This document shows, piece by piece, positions 25,210-35,443 of a stretch of 40,000 nt of DNA. The translations under genes were made by a program, and so were the position numbers. Origin of the DNA: Megasphaera sp. AM44-1BH (lineage in GTDB: Bacteria; Bacillota; Negativicutes; Veillonellales; Megasphaeraceae); the NCBI RefSeq assembly GCF_003467125.1, contig NZ_QSFA01000011.1, forward strand, positions 17,980-57,979, written 5' to 3'. Within the stretch, counting starts at the first letter, position 1. Each line of letters starts with the position of its first letter. The notes beneath the pieces were generated by a model that did not search any database, was not told where the DNA came from, and saw nothing but the letters and a program-made list of their open reading frames with translations.

Positions 25210-25267
25210 GTTTGTTCTACATTACTATTTACATGCAATTATATTTATTTTTACGTAGTTTCAATGT

Positions 25268-25293
25268 AATAAGCGGCAAAAATAAGCGGCAAA
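25268..25293. repeat. Perfect tandem 13-bp direct repeat AATAAGCGGCAAA x2, with a third diverged copy at 25300-25310
   Basis: Read directly from the sequence. It lies in the AT-rich spacer between the last prophage ORF and the tRNA. Confidence 0.7.
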
Positions 25294-25298
25294 GTAAA

Positions 25299-25337
25299 AA
25301 ACAAGCGGCATCACATCGCTGTGAAACCGCTTGTTTA
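25299..25337 (-). terminator. Intrinsic terminator of the minus-strand tRNA
   Basis: AAACAAGCGG (25299-25308) pairs with CCGCTTGTTT (25328-25337), with an inner TCACA/TGTGA stem. On the minus strand the hairpin is followed by a T-run. Confidence 0.7.
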
Positions 25338-25341
25338 CTGT

Positions 25342-25415
25342 GGTGCGCCTAGAAGGATTCGAACCTTCGCACCCGGTTCCGGAGACCGGTGCTCTATCCC
25401 CTGAGCTATAGGCGC
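25342..25415 (-). tRNA. tRNA-Arg(CCG)-like gene with a non-canonical 6-nt anticodon loop
   Basis: Acceptor GCGCCTA/TAGGCGC, D arm GCTC/GAGC, T arm GAAGG-TTCGAAT-CCTTC and an encoded CCA are all perfect. The anticodon arm is CCGGT-CTCCGA-ACCGG. Confidence 0.7.
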
Positions 25416-25437
25416 ATGTCATATAACGTACTTTCAT

Positions 25438-25466
25438 ATAATATCACGAATTAAAAATTATTTCAA
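25438..25466 (-). promoter_or_regulatory. Sigma70-type promoter for the minus-strand tRNA
   Basis: On the minus strand TTGAAA (25466-25461), a 17-nt spacer and TATTAT (25443-25438), ~22 nt upstream of the mature 5' end. Confidence 0.5.
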
Positions 25467-25519
25467 GCCCGGACTGGCAGGTTCTTGTCATATTTTTACT
25501 GGCAACGTGTATCTATATA

Positions 25520-25528
25520 TGGTATTAT
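25520..25528 (+). promoter_or_regulatory. Candidate extended -10 promoter for nifS-mnmA
   Basis: TGgTATTAT at 25520-25528. The -35 (TGGCAA) is weak. Confidence 0.3.
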
Positions 25529-25558
25529 ATACAATAGGCTAAAAATGGAGTTGACGCG

Positions 25559-26707
25559 ATGATGGAACGTATCTATCTGGATCATGCAGCGGCAACTCCT
25601 CTGGATCAGAGGGTGCTGACTGCCATGATGCCGTATCTGACAAGTCAATATGGAAATCCGTCCAGCCTGCATTATTTTGGGCAGCAGGCCCGTGCGGCTG
25701 TACAGCTGGCACGACGACAGCTTGCTCATTGCCTGGGCGTTGCAGCCGGTGATGTGGTATTTACCAGCGGCGGCACGGAAGCAGATAATCTGGCCATACA
25801 AGGTTACCTGCGGGCCAATCATCCCCATGGTGGTCACTTGATTACGTCTGCTGTGGAGCATCAGGCTGTGCTGAATACGTTCAGGGCATTGGAGGCAGAA
25901 GGATATTCCCTGACCGTGCTTCCCGTTGATTCTGATGGCCGCGTCTGTCCGGAAACGTTACGACAGGCAATCCGTCCCGATACGGTACTCATTTCCATCA
26001 TGTATGCCAATAATGAGACCGGCACGGTACAGCCTGTACAGAAACTAGGGGCTATAGCCAGGGAACATGATATCGTGTTTCACGTCGATGCCGTCCAGGC
26101 CTTTGGCTATCTGCCGGTACATCCTATAGAGGACGGCATTGATCTGCTGACTGTGTGCAGCCATAAAATATATGGACCAAAAGGAATGGGCGCTTTGTAT
26201 ATCCGCAAGGGAATACAGCTGGCTTCAGAGGCCCATGGGGGACCGCAGGAGCACCGGCTGCGTGCGGGAACCGAAAATGTAGCCGGCATCGTCGGATTTG
26301 GTATGGCTGCAGCCCTGCTTGAAGCGGAACGGCCGGAACGAATCGAAAAAGTCCGTATGTTAAAAAATCTGGTGTATCACGAGATGATTGAAGGTAACGG
26401 GATATTGCATCTCAATGGCACGTTATCCGGATCTTTGCCCAACATCATTGATTTCAGTGTAGACGGTATGGAAAGTCCGGTCCTTTTGATTGCCCTGGAC
26501 CGGCAGGGAATTGCCGTGTCGGCCGGCTCGGCCTGCGAAGCCGGTGCTGTTGAGCCTTCCCATGTGCTGATGGCTATGGGAACTGATGATAAATGGCTCC
26601 GCAGTAGTATCCGCATGTCCTTTGGTCCGGAAAATACAGTCGAAGAGGTCAGGAAGACTATACAAGCCATCCGGGATATTACCAGACCTCTTAGAAAAGG
26701 AGTATAG
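25559..26707 (+). CDS. nifS: Cysteine desulfurase (NifS/IscS-type class V aminotransferase)
   Basis: Motifs IYLDHAAATP, TSGGTEADNLA, SHKIYGPKGMGALY and RAGTENV. Paired with mnmA, like the YrvO-MnmA arrangement. Confidence 0.9.
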   Translation: MMERIYLDHAAATPLDQRVLTAMMPYLTSQYGNPSSLHYFGQQARAAVQLARRQLAHCLGVAAGDVVFTSGGTEADNLAIQGYLRANHPHGGHLITSAVEHQAVLNTFRALEAEGYSLTVLPVDSDGRVCPETLRQAIRPDTVLISIMYANNETGTVQPVQKLGAIAREHDIVFHVDAVQAFGYLPVHPIEDGIDLLTVCSHKIYGPKGMGALYIRKGIQLASEAHGGPQEHRLRAGTENVAGIVGFGMAAALLEAERPERIEKVRMLKNLVYHEMIEGNGILHLNGTLSGSLPNIIDFSVDGMESPVLLIALDRQGIAVSAGSACEAGAVEPSHVLMAMGTDDKWLRSSIRMSFGPENTVEEVRKTIQAIRDITRPLRKGV

Positions 26708-26710
26708 ATT

Positions 26711-27796
26711 ATGACGAAATGTGTCGCCGTGGCTATGAGCGGCGGTGTCGATAGTTCTGTAACGGCAGCGCTCCTGAAGGAACAGGGCTACGATGTCATT
26801 GGCATTACGCTGCGTTTATGGGAAGAAGATCCATCCTGCCCGGCAGTCGAAAATGTTCATTCCTGCTGTTCTCTGTCTGCCGTTGATGATGCCAAGGCAG
26901 TGGCTTCTGTCATTGGCATTCCCCATTATACCCTGGATTATAGAGAATTATTCCATAACGATGTCATCGATTATTTTGTCCAGTCCTATGTAAAAGGACA
27001 GACCCCCAATCCATGCATCGCCTGCAATAAATGTATTAAATTCGGCCTGCTCTGGCAGCAGGCGCAGCAATTTGGCGCCCAATACCTGGCAACGGGCCAT
27101 TATGCCCGCATTGTGTATAATGAAGCGCGTGGCATTTATGAACTGCTGCGGGGAACGGACCGGCGCAAAGATCAGTCATACGTCCTGTATCAGTTGACAC
27201 AGGATTTGCTGCCACATATTGTATTTCCCATGGCAGAACTGGAAAAAGTACAGACGCGGGAACTGGCAAAACAATTCGGGCTTCCTGTTTTCAATAAGCC
27301 GGAAAGCCAGGATATATGCTTTATTCCCGATAATGATTATAAAGGTTTTTTAAAGAAGCGGGTCCCGCAATGCTTTAAACCGGGGAATTTCGTTGATGTA
27401 CACGGCCATGTTGTCGGACGTCATCAGGGCATTCCCTGTTATACTATCGGCCAGCGCCGTGGCCTGCATCTCGGCGGTCCCGGAGGTCCGTATTATGTCG
27501 TCGCACTCGATGTGAAACGCAACCAGGTCATCGTCGGTTCAGAAACGGATTTGTTCCGTACAGAAGTCCGGGCCCGGGACCTCTCGTGGGTGGAAGGCCG
27601 GCCGCAGGGGACGTTTGCAGCATTGGGAAAGATACGTTATGCTGCCAAAGAATCTCCTTGTACGGTGTATCCCGGCAAGGATACGATGCGCGTCGTATTT
27701 GACACGCCGCAGCGGGCTGTGACGGCCGGACAGGCACTGGTATTGTATGACCGGGAAACGGGAGAACGGGTTCTCGGCGGTGGTGTCATTATTTAA
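26711..27796 (+). CDS. mnmA: tRNA 2-thiouridine(34) synthase MnmA
   Basis: PP-loop [24 protein letters not shown], and the length of 361 aa. Confidence 0.9.
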   Translation: MTKCVAVAMSGGVDSSVTAALLKEQGYDVIGITLRLWEEDPSCPAVENVHSCCSLSAVDDAKAVASVIGIPHYTLDYRELFHNDVIDYFVQSYVKGQTPNPCIACNKCIKFGLLWQQAQQFGAQYLATGHYARIVYNEARGIYELLRGTDRRKDQSYVLYQLTQDLLPHIVFPMAELEKVQTRELAKQFGLPVFNKPESQDICFIPDNDYKGFLKKRVPQCFKPGNFVDVHGHVVGRHQGIPCYTIGQRRGLHLGGPGGPYYVVALDVKRNQVIVGSETDLFRTEVRARDLSWVEGRPQGTFAALGKIRYAAKESPCTVYPGKDTMRVVFDTPQRAVTAGQALVLYDRETGERVLGGGVII

Positions 27797-27809
27797 TGCT
27801 AGAGGAGTA

Positions 27810-29618
27810 ATGAACGTGGCAACTAAATATATCCGTAATTTTTCAATTATTGCACACATTGACCATGGCAAATCGACGCTGGCAGACCGGCTTCTGGAAA
27901 TGACCGGTACCGTTTCCAAAAGAGAAATGGAAGACCAGCTCCTGGATACGATGGATCTGGAACGGGAACGGGGCATAACGATCAAAGCCCAGTCGGCCCG
28001 CCTGATTTATGATGCCAAAGACGGTCATCAGTATACGCTGAATCTGATTGATACGCCGGGGCATGTTGACTTTAATTATGAAGTATCCCGCAGCCTGGCT
28101 GCCTGTGACGGGGCACTCCTGATCGTCGATGCGACCCAGGGCGTAGAAGCACAGACGCTGGCCAACGTATACCTGGCTCTGGAACATGACCTGGAAATCA
28201 TCCCGATCATCAATAAAATCGACCTTCCCAGTGCAGACCCCGAACGGGTGCGCAAAGAGATAGAAGATGTCATCGGCCTCGATGCCAGTGATGCTATTGA
28301 AGTCAGTGCCAAAACAGGGCTTGGTGTCGATAAGGTGCTCGAAGCCATCGTACAGCGGATTCCGGCACCAGAAGATGCACCGGATAAGCCGCTGCGGGCC
28401 CTGATTTTCGATTCACATTTTGATTCGTACAAAGGAGCCATTGCCAATATCCGCATCATGGAAGGTAGTCTCAAAACAGGGGACCGGATCCGCATGATGT
28501 CCAGCGGGATGGAATTTGAAGTGACAGAAACAGGCGTCTTTATTCCCCAGATGCACCCCGTCGCGTCCCTTGAATGCGGCAGTGTCGGCTATCTGGCGGC
28601 GAGCATGAAAAATGTCCGCGATTGCCGCGTCGGTGATACGGTCACGCTGGCGGACCGTCCGGCAGCAGAACCACTGCCGGGATACCGCAAGGCGACGCCT
28701 ATGGTATATTGCGGGCTTTACCCTGTAGAAACCAATGATTATGATAATCTGCGGGATGCCCTGGAAAAACTGCATCTCAATGATGCGGCCCTGTTATTTG
28801 AACCGGAAACATCGACGGCTCTGGGATTCGGGTTCCGCTGCGGCTTCCTGGGACTTCTCCATATGGACGTCGTCAAGGAACGGCTGGAACGGGAGTATGG
28901 TCTGTCTCTGATTACGACGGCTCCGTCGGTTATTTATCATGTATATTGCACAGATGGCACGATGGTCGCCGTCGATAATCCATCTCTTATGCCGGATATG
29001 ACGAAAATTGATCATATCGAAGAACCCTTTGTCAAGACGACCATCATCATCCCGAAAGATATGGTAGGGACGGTCATGGAAATTTCCCAGAACCGGCGCG
29101 GTCAGTATCTGACCATGGATTATCTCGATGAAACCCGGGTTTCCGTCGTGTATAATCTGCCGTTGTGTGAAATACTGTATGATTATTTTGATACGTTGAA
29201 ATCTTCGACGCGGGGATATGCTTCTCTGGATTATGAGCTCAATGGGTATCAAGCATCACCTATGGTGAAGATGGATATCCTGATCAACGGGGAAGTGGTC
29301 GATGCGCTGAGCGTCATCGTACATAAAGAATTTGCAGCCCGCCGTGGCCGGGCTCTGGTAGAAAAACTCCGCAGCCTCATCCCGCGGCAGCTTTTCCAGA
29401 TTCCTATCCAGGCTGCTATCGGCAATAAAATCATTGCCCGGGAAAATGTAGCGGCTTTGCGCAAAGACGTACTGGCCAAATGTTATGGCGGTGATATTTC
29501 CCGTAAGCGCAAACTTCTGGAAAAACAGAAGGAAGGGAAGAAACGCATGAAGCAGGTTGGCAGTGTTGAAATCCCTCAGGAAGCCTTTATGGCCGTATTA
29601 CAGGTAGATGAAAAATAA
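27810..29618 (+). CDS. lepA: Translation elongation factor 4 (LepA)
   Basis: Motifs [30 protein letters not shown] and NKIDL, and the LepA C-terminus. I prefer ATG 27810 (AGAGGAG RBS) over the track start 27747. Confidence 0.95.
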   Translation: MNVATKYIRNFSIIAHIDHGKSTLADRLLEMTGTVSKREMEDQLLDTMDLERERGITIKAQSARLIYDAKDGHQYTLNLIDTPGHVDFNYEVSRSLAACDGALLIVDATQGVEAQTLANVYLALEHDLEIIPIINKIDLPSADPERVRKEIEDVIGLDASDAIEVSAKTGLGVDKVLEAIVQRIPAPEDAPDKPLRALIFDSHFDSYKGAIANIRIMEGSLKTGDRIRMMSSGMEFEVTETGVFIPQMHPVASLECGSVGYLAASMKNVRDCRVGDTVTLADRPAAEPLPGYRKATPMVYCGLYPVETNDYDNLRDALEKLHLNDAALLFEPETSTALGFGFRCGFLGLLHMDVVKERLEREYGLSLITTAPSVIYHVYCTDGTMVAVDNPSLMPDMTKIDHIEEPFVKTTIIIPKDMVGTVMEISQNRRGQYLTMDYLDETRVSVVYNLPLCEILYDYFDTLKSSTRGYASLDYELNGYQASPMVKMDILINGEVVDALSVIVHKEFAARRGRALVEKLRSLIPRQLFQIPIQAAIGNKIIARENVAALRKDVLAKCYGGDISRKRKLLEKQKEGKKRMKQVGSVEIPQEAFMAVLQVDEK

Positions 29619-30739
29619 TGACAGGTCTGTATATTCATATTCCGTTCTGCCGTCATAAGTGCCGATATTGCGATTTTCCCTCTTATGGCGGAGTAGAATC
29701 GTATATACCGGCTTATACGGAGGCCCTCTGCCGGGAAATCAGCACTTCTCCCCGGGAGGGCCTCGCTGTCGATACGATTTATTTTGGCGGCGGCACACCG
29801 TCGCTATTGACCATTCCTCAGATTGCATCCGTTCTGCAGGCGGTGACACAGCATTTTGTCGTCGATTCCCATGCGGAGATCACACTGGAAGGCAATCCGG
29901 ACAGTCTGGACGGAGACTATCTGAAACAACTGCGCAGGCTGGGGATCAACCGGCTGAGCATGGGTATACAGAGTTTCCAGCCGCAGCTTCTGCACTCTCT
30001 GGGACGGATTCATTCACGCCGTCAGGCTGTAGAGGCAGTGGAATATGCAGTGCGGGCTGGTTTTGACAATCTGTCTGCCGATCTGATGTATGGCCTGCCC
30101 GGACAGACTCTGCAGATGGTATCCGATGATTTGGAGCAGCTTTTTCAGCTTCCCCTGTGTCATACCTCCGTATACAGCCTGATTCTGGAACAGGGCACCT
30201 GCCTGCATCATGATGTGACAACCGGTGCAGTATCGTTGCCGCCGGATGAACAGGTAGATGCCATGGCGTCTTTAGTCCATCAGGCTTTTGATGCGCATGG
30301 TTTTGACCATTATGAGATTTCTAGCTATGCCCGTCCGGGACGGCGGTCCCGTCATAATGTCAAGTATTGGACTTATGTACCCTACCTGGGATTCGGCGTT
30401 TCGGCTCATTCATTTGATGGCAGTGTACGGACAGCGCACATTGCCAATATTCCTCAGTATATCCGTGACGCCGGCAGACAATCTGTACTGGCGGAATCCG
30501 TCATTATTGATACAAAACGGGCACAGGAAGATTATTGTTTTCTCGCATTGCGTATGCGTGATGGCATCCTATATGATGACTTTGCCCGCCGTTTCGGCGT
30601 CTCGGTGGAATCAGAGTTTGGCAAAGTGGTGGAACGGCTGATGGCACAAGGGCTGCTGGAACAGACAGAGCGTGGCTGTCGTCTCACCAGCCTGGGACTG
30701 GCCTATGGAAATTATGTATTCAGCCAGTTTATCCGCTGA
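29618..30739 (+). CDS. hemW: Radical SAM heme chaperone HemW (HemN-like)
   Basis: LYIHIPFCRHKCRYCDF is the CxxxCxxC radical-SAM motif. The lepA-hemW pair is conserved. TAATG coupling. Confidence 0.85.
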   Translation: MTGLYIHIPFCRHKCRYCDFPSYGGVESYIPAYTEALCREISTSPREGLAVDTIYFGGGTPSLLTIPQIASVLQAVTQHFVVDSHAEITLEGNPDSLDGDYLKQLRRLGINRLSMGIQSFQPQLLHSLGRIHSRRQAVEAVEYAVRAGFDNLSADLMYGLPGQTLQMVSDDLEQLFQLPLCHTSVYSLILEQGTCLHHDVTTGAVSLPPDEQVDAMASLVHQAFDAHGFDHYEISSYARPGRRSRHNVKYWTYVPYLGFGVSAHSFDGSVRTAHIANIPQYIRDAGRQSVLAESVIIDTKRAQEDYCFLALRMRDGILYDDFARRFGVSVESEFGKVVERLMAQGLLEQTERGCRLTSLGLAYGNYVFSQFIR

Positions 30740-30778
30740 TCCGGGGGAAGCGGCAGATATGGAAGGGAGTGTACCCAT

Positions 30779-33139
30779 ATGGTAGCAGATATTATCATCA
30801 ATATAACGGCCAAACAAGTACAACAGACGTTTTCCTACGTCATTCCCGATGGTCTTCCCGTACGTACCGGATCCCGTGTTCTCGTCCCTTTCGGTCCGCG
30901 CCGGGAAGAAGGGATTGTACTGGCTGTACGGGAAGAACGGGATAGTGACCGTCAGTATCAGCTGAAGCCTGTCCTTTCTCTGTTATCATCACAGGCCGGG
31001 TTCCGGGACGAAATGATTCAGACCGCCTTGTGGATCAGCCAGTATTATCTTTGCGGGCTGGCAGATGCGCTGCGGCTTTTCATGATTGAAAAAAAGGGCA
31101 TTACCCGGCGGGTTTATGTCCGCCCGGGCCCTGAACCGGCCGTGACAGAGGAAGAGAAGAGCATAGCAGCCTATGTGAAGGACCATAGTCCGGCAGAAAA
31201 AAAGCAGGTGTGCCGCCGGTTTGCTCCTGATTGTGTGGAGCAAATGATCCGGCAGAACCAGCTGGTCCAGGAGGATTATCTCCAGAATCAGATTGCCGAT
31301 AAAACGGAAAAATGGCTGGCCTTCCAGTCCGACGATACGGCGGGTATCCTGAAACGGCGCCCCAGGCAGGCGGCTTTGCTGGAAGAACTGAAACGTGTCC
31401 GATCCGCTCCTTTCTCATACTGGATCCGCAAGGGGTATTCGCGGGATGTTCTGCTGCACCTGTGCCAGAGTGGATGTGCTGTGATGGAAGAAAAGCTGAG
31501 TCAGACCAGGGACCTGACACATCCGCTCAAAGGAGATGTTCCGTTTACGCTTACGGAAGAACAGCAGCGGGCTGTTGATGCGGTGCGGAACGACAGGGAC
31601 GGATGCACCTATGTCCTTCACGGCGTCACGGGCAGTGGCAAGACGGAAGTGTATATGCAGCTGACAGAAGATGTACTCCAAAAAGGGGAACAGGTACTGG
31701 TCCTCGTTCCGGAAATCGCCCTGACCGGGCAGATTGTACGCCGGTTTATCCGCCGCTTTGGCAATGATGTCGTTGTCATGCACAGTCAGTTGTCTAAAGG
31801 GGAACGGCGGAATAACTGGCTGCGTATGGCAAATGGGGAGAGCCATATCTGTATCGGCGCCCGTTCGGCCGTCTTTACGGCAGTCCGCTCCCTGGGACTG
31901 GTCATCGTCGATGAAGAACACGACAGCTCCTATAAACAGGAAGAGTCACCGCGGTATCATGCTGTCGAAGTGGCGCGCAGGCGGGCTGCGTATTATGGCT
32001 GCCCCGTCCTGCTGGGAAGCGCTACCCCGTCTATTGCCGATTATTACCGGACACAGACCGGTCAGTACGTACTCCTGGAATTGACGCAGCGCGTGCTCAA
32101 CCGGCCGCTGCCGTCGGTGCAGGTCGTTGATATGCGGGAAGAACTGGCCCGCGGCAACCGGCGCGTCATATCAGATGCCATGACAGACCTCTTGCAGGAA
32201 ACGCTGCAGCAGAAGCAGCAGGCGATTATCTTGTTGAATCGTCGTGGATTTTCTACGTTTGTCATGTGCCGTAAATGCGGCTACGTTGTCAAGTGTGACA
32301 CCTGTGATGTCGCTATGGTCTACCATAAACAGCAGGACCGGCTGCGCTGTCATTACTGTGATGCGGAAAAGCCGGTTCCCCTGCGGTGTCCGGCCTGTGG
32401 TAGCAAATATATCAAATTTTTCGGAACGGGTACGGAAAAAGTAGAAGAACAGCTTCGGGAACAATTTCCCCATGCCCGGATTGTCCGCCTTGATCAGGAT
32501 ACAACGGCCCGTAAGAATAGTGGTGACCATATTATTGAAGCCTTCCGGCGTCATGAATATGATATTTTACTGGGAACCCAGATGGTCGCCAAGGGGCATG
32601 ATTTTGCCGATGTCAGTGCCGTGGGGATACTGGCTGCGGACAGTCTGCTCAATCTGCCGGCCTACTGGGCGGGGGAACGGACATTCCAGCTGCTGACCCA
32701 GGCTGCCGGCCGTGCCGGGCGCGGCACGATTCCCGGACGGGTCGTCATGCAGACCTATGCGCCGGAACATTATGTCATTCAATGTGCACAGCGGCAGGAC
32801 TATGCGGCCTTTTATGCACAGGAAATACAGTACCGGAAGGAACTGTTGTATCCGCCATTTCATCAGATATTGAAAATCGTCATTACTGATGAGAATGAAA
32901 AAGCCTTGTGGGATACGGGAAATACACTGTCCCTCCTGCTGCAGAACTGGCATAGTGAAAGTGGCAGTGACACGGCCGTCATCGGTCCCTTTGTCGATAT
33001 CATCAAAAAAGTGCGGAATAAATACCGCATTGTTATTTTATTGAAAGGACCGGATCTGGCATCAGTGAAAGAGTTTATCCGCACGAAACGGGAATTCTGG
33101 CGTCCCGGTGTTATCCTCGATGTAGACAGCATGGGCTGA
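30779..33139 (+). CDS. priA: Primosomal protein N' (replication restart helicase PriA)
   Basis: Motifs GVTGSGKTEVY and DEEHD, and a Cys-rich zinc region (CRKCGYVVKCDTCD...CHYC...CPACGS). 786 aa. Confidence 0.9.
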   Translation: MVADIIINITAKQVQQTFSYVIPDGLPVRTGSRVLVPFGPRREEGIVLAVREERDSDRQYQLKPVLSLLSSQAGFRDEMIQTALWISQYYLCGLADALRLFMIEKKGITRRVYVRPGPEPAVTEEEKSIAAYVKDHSPAEKKQVCRRFAPDCVEQMIRQNQLVQEDYLQNQIADKTEKWLAFQSDDTAGILKRRPRQAALLEELKRVRSAPFSYWIRKGYSRDVLLHLCQSGCAVMEEKLSQTRDLTHPLKGDVPFTLTEEQQRAVDAVRNDRDGCTYVLHGVTGSGKTEVYMQLTEDVLQKGEQVLVLVPEIALTGQIVRRFIRRFGNDVVVMHSQLSKGERRNNWLRMANGESHICIGARSAVFTAVRSLGLVIVDEEHDSSYKQEESPRYHAVEVARRRAAYYGCPVLLGSATPSIADYYRTQTGQYVLLELTQRVLNRPLPSVQVVDMREELARGNRRVISDAMTDLLQETLQQKQQAIILLNRRGFSTFVMCRKCGYVVKCDTCDVAMVYHKQQDRLRCHYCDAEKPVPLRCPACGSKYIKFFGTGTEKVEEQLREQFPHARIVRLDQDTTARKNSGDHIIEAFRRHEYDILLGTQMVAKGHDFADVSAVGILAADSLLNLPAYWAGERTFQLLTQAAGRAGRGTIPGRVVMQTYAPEHYVIQCAQRQDYAAFYAQEIQYRKELLYPPFHQILKIVITDENEKALWDTGNTLSLLLQNWHSESGSDTAVIGPFVDIIKKVRNKYRIVILLKGPDLASVKEFIRTKREFWRPGVILDVDSMG

Positions 33140-33165
33140 AAGACCTGTTCCTTTCAAAAGAAAGC

Positions 33166-33174
33166 TGTTATAAT
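33166..33174 (+). promoter_or_regulatory. Candidate extended -10 promoter for the def-fmt operon
   Basis: TGtTATAAT at 33166-33174 in the priA-def spacer. No good -35. Confidence 0.3.
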
Positions 33175-33236
33175 GAATATGAATAGTTTTTATGAGCAAC
33201 AGAATTGTATTATTACTATGTATTGAGGTGGGTATT

Positions 33237-33698
33237 ATGGCACTCTTAAAAATTGTCAAAGCAGGTGCGCCGATTTTAAAAGAAACGGCTGCTCCGGTCA
33301 AGACTATTACGAAAAATACAAAACGATTACTGAATGATATGGCAGAAACCATGTATGAAGCAGAAGGCGTCGGGCTGGCAGCTCCGCAGATTGGCAAATC
33401 TCTGCAGATGATTGTCCTCGATGACGGTAATGGCCTCATCGAACTGATCAACCCGGAATTATTGGAAGCATCAGAAGAATTGCAGGATGGTCCTGAAGGC
33501 TGTCTCAGCGTTCCCGGATATTACGGCGACGTAAAGCGGAGCCAGCGTATCAAGGTACGGGCCCTGAACCGTCATGGCAAAGTTATCGTATATGAACCAG
33601 AAGGATTTCTGGCCCGGATTTTCCAGCATGAAATGGATCATCTCGTGGGAACCCTGTTTATTGAAAAAGCAACGAACTTGCGGAAAGTAGAAGAATAA
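33237..33698 (+). CDS. def: Peptide deformylase
   Basis: Motifs GVGLAAPQIG, EGCLS and QHEMDHL. I prefer ATG 33237 (GAGGTGG RBS) over the track start 33192. Confidence 0.9.
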   Translation: MALLKIVKAGAPILKETAAPVKTITKNTKRLLNDMAETMYEAEGVGLAAPQIGKSLQMIVLDDGNGLIELINPELLEASEELQDGPEGCLSVPGYYGDVKRSQRIKVRALNRHGKVIVYEPEGFLARIFQHEMDHLVGTLFIEKATNLRKVEE

Positions 33699-34630
33699 TG
33701 GAACCATTACAAATCGTCTTTATGGGTACGCCTGATTTTTCTGTCCCGTCGCTGAAAGCGATTCATGCTGCCGGTTTTACGATCCGGGCTGTTTACACGC
33801 AGCCGGACAAGCAGCGGGGACGGGGCAAAAAAGTATCGGCTTCTCCTGTCAAAGAATGTGCGGAAAAGCTGGGAATCCCTGTGTTTCAGCCACAAACTCT
33901 GAAAGACCCCGATATCATTGCAGGGCTGGCTGACCTGAAACCTGATGTCATCGTCGTCATTGCGTATGGCAAAATTCTTCCAAAGGCAATCCTCGATATT
34001 CCCCGGTATGGATGCCTGAATGTACATGGCTCGCTCCTGCCGGCATACAGGGGGGCAGCTCCTATACAGTATGCCATCAAGGATGGGGTACGGACCAGCG
34101 GCGTCACGATTATGATGCTGGACGAAGGTATGGACACGGGGAAAATGCTGAAAAAGGCAGAAATCGTCCTCGATGCCAAGGAAACGACGGGCACGTTATT
34201 TGATAAACTGGCTATTGTCGGTGCTGAAACGCTGATTCCAGTACTGAAAGACCTGCCTGCCTATGAAGCGGCAGCACAGAGCCAGGACGAATCGAAAGCG
34301 ACCTATACGGCAAAAATTACAAAAGAAATGACTCATATCGATTTTTCCCAGCCGGCTGTCGTCATTGAACGGCTTATACGCACACTGGACCCTCATCCGG
34401 GTGCCTATATCCTTCATGAAGGACACCGCCTGAAACTATGGGCAGCCGATGTCGTTCCAGGTACGGAAGCCGAACCGGGGACGATTATTGAAGTCACGAA
34501 AACCTATATTACCGTACAGACCGGCTGCGATGCCCTGCGTATTCGGGAAGTACAGCCGGAAAGCCGTAAACGTATGGCGACGGCACAATTCCTGCAGGGG
34601 TGCCATCTGACCGTTGGCAGCATGTTATAA
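33698..34630 (+). CDS. fmt: Methionyl-tRNA formyltransferase
   Basis: IVFMGTPDFSVPSL, NVHGSLLPAYRGAAPIQ, and the def-fmt pairing. Confidence 0.9.
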   Translation: MEPLQIVFMGTPDFSVPSLKAIHAAGFTIRAVYTQPDKQRGRGKKVSASPVKECAEKLGIPVFQPQTLKDPDIIAGLADLKPDVIVVIAYGKILPKAILDIPRYGCLNVHGSLLPAYRGAAPIQYAIKDGVRTSGVTIMMLDEGMDTGKMLKKAEIVLDAKETTGTLFDKLAIVGAETLIPVLKDLPAYEAAAQSQDESKATYTAKITKEMTHIDFSQPAVVIERLIRTLDPHPGAYILHEGHRLKLWAADVVPGTEAEPGTIIEVTKTYITVQTGCDALRIREVQPESRKRMATAQFLQGCHLTVGSML

Positions 34631-34636
34631 GGAGAG

Positions 34637-35443
34637 ATGTGCCATATGGCCAAAGAGATGAATTTCTTCCTCGGCTATGCCGCACTGGCCGCCGGTGTTA
34701 CGGCTGTCTGTTTATGGCTGGTATGGGCTGTGATGAAACCGGGGCTGGCGTATTACATATCCGATATGGCACTGGCAGTGGATATCTTCTTTGGACTCCT
34801 CCTATGCGGAACGGGATTGTTGTTTCTGCTGCTTCTGATGCTTGGTTTCACGTCGTGGGAACAGCCTGTACGGATCCGGCAGATTCTCCTGCAGTACATT
34901 GGATTTCTTTATCCGGTGATGCGGAAGCTTGCCTGGACGGATACGCGGAAAGAGATGCTGGCCCGCTCTTATATACAATTTTTAAACGGACTGGTCCTGA
35001 AACAGAATCTGCGTATTCCTGCAGAACAGGTACTGATTCTGGCACCTCATTGCCTGCAATGGGATCAGTGTCCCCATAAAATAACGCGCTGTGTAGATAA
35101 CTGCCGGCAGTGCGGTCATTGTACGATTGGCAGTCTGCTGGCTGTTTCCCGCAGTCTGGGCGCCCATCTGGCCGTTGCGTCCGGCGGGACCCAGGCCAGA
35201 CAGCTCGTTGGCACATTGCGCCCCAGGGCCATCGTGGCTATTGCCTGTGAGCGGGATCTCATCAGCGGCATGGAAGACGTCCTTCCGCTTCCCGTCTTAG
35301 GCCTTTTAAATGAAAGACCCTATGGTCCATGTTTTAATACTCAAGTAGATGTACCGGTCCTGTGCCGGCTTTTAGAACGACTGACAGGAGAAGATTATGA
35401 ACGTACGCGAAACAGCATTTCACAGTTTACTCACCATATGTAA
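34637..35443 (+). CDS. DUF116 family membrane protein
   Basis: N-terminal TM segments plus a Cys cluster (CPHKITRCVDNCRQCGHC). The position between fmt and rsmB is conserved. The start may be ATG 34646. Confidence 0.65.
   Translation: MCHMAKEMNFFLGYAALAAGVTAVCLWLVWAVMKPGLAYYISDMALAVDIFFGLLLCGTGLLFLLLLMLGFTSWEQPVRIRQILLQYIGFLYPVMRKLAWTDTRKEMLARSYIQFLNGLVLKQNLRIPAEQVLILAPHCLQWDQCPHKITRCVDNCRQCGHCTIGSLLAVSRSLGAHLAVASGGTQARQLVGTLRPRAIVAIACERDLISGMEDVLPLPVLGLLNERPYGPCFNTQVDVPVLCRLLERLTGEDYERTRNSISQFTHHM

Larger units (their letters stand above)
1..25341. mobile_element. Prophage, late/structural and lysis part. The left end is outside the window and the right end lies near or inside the tRNA at 25342-25415
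   Basis: Uninterrupted + strand phage late-gene order from small terminase to holin/amidase, then AT-rich non-coding DNA and a tRNA, then housekeeping genes. Confidence 0.85.
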
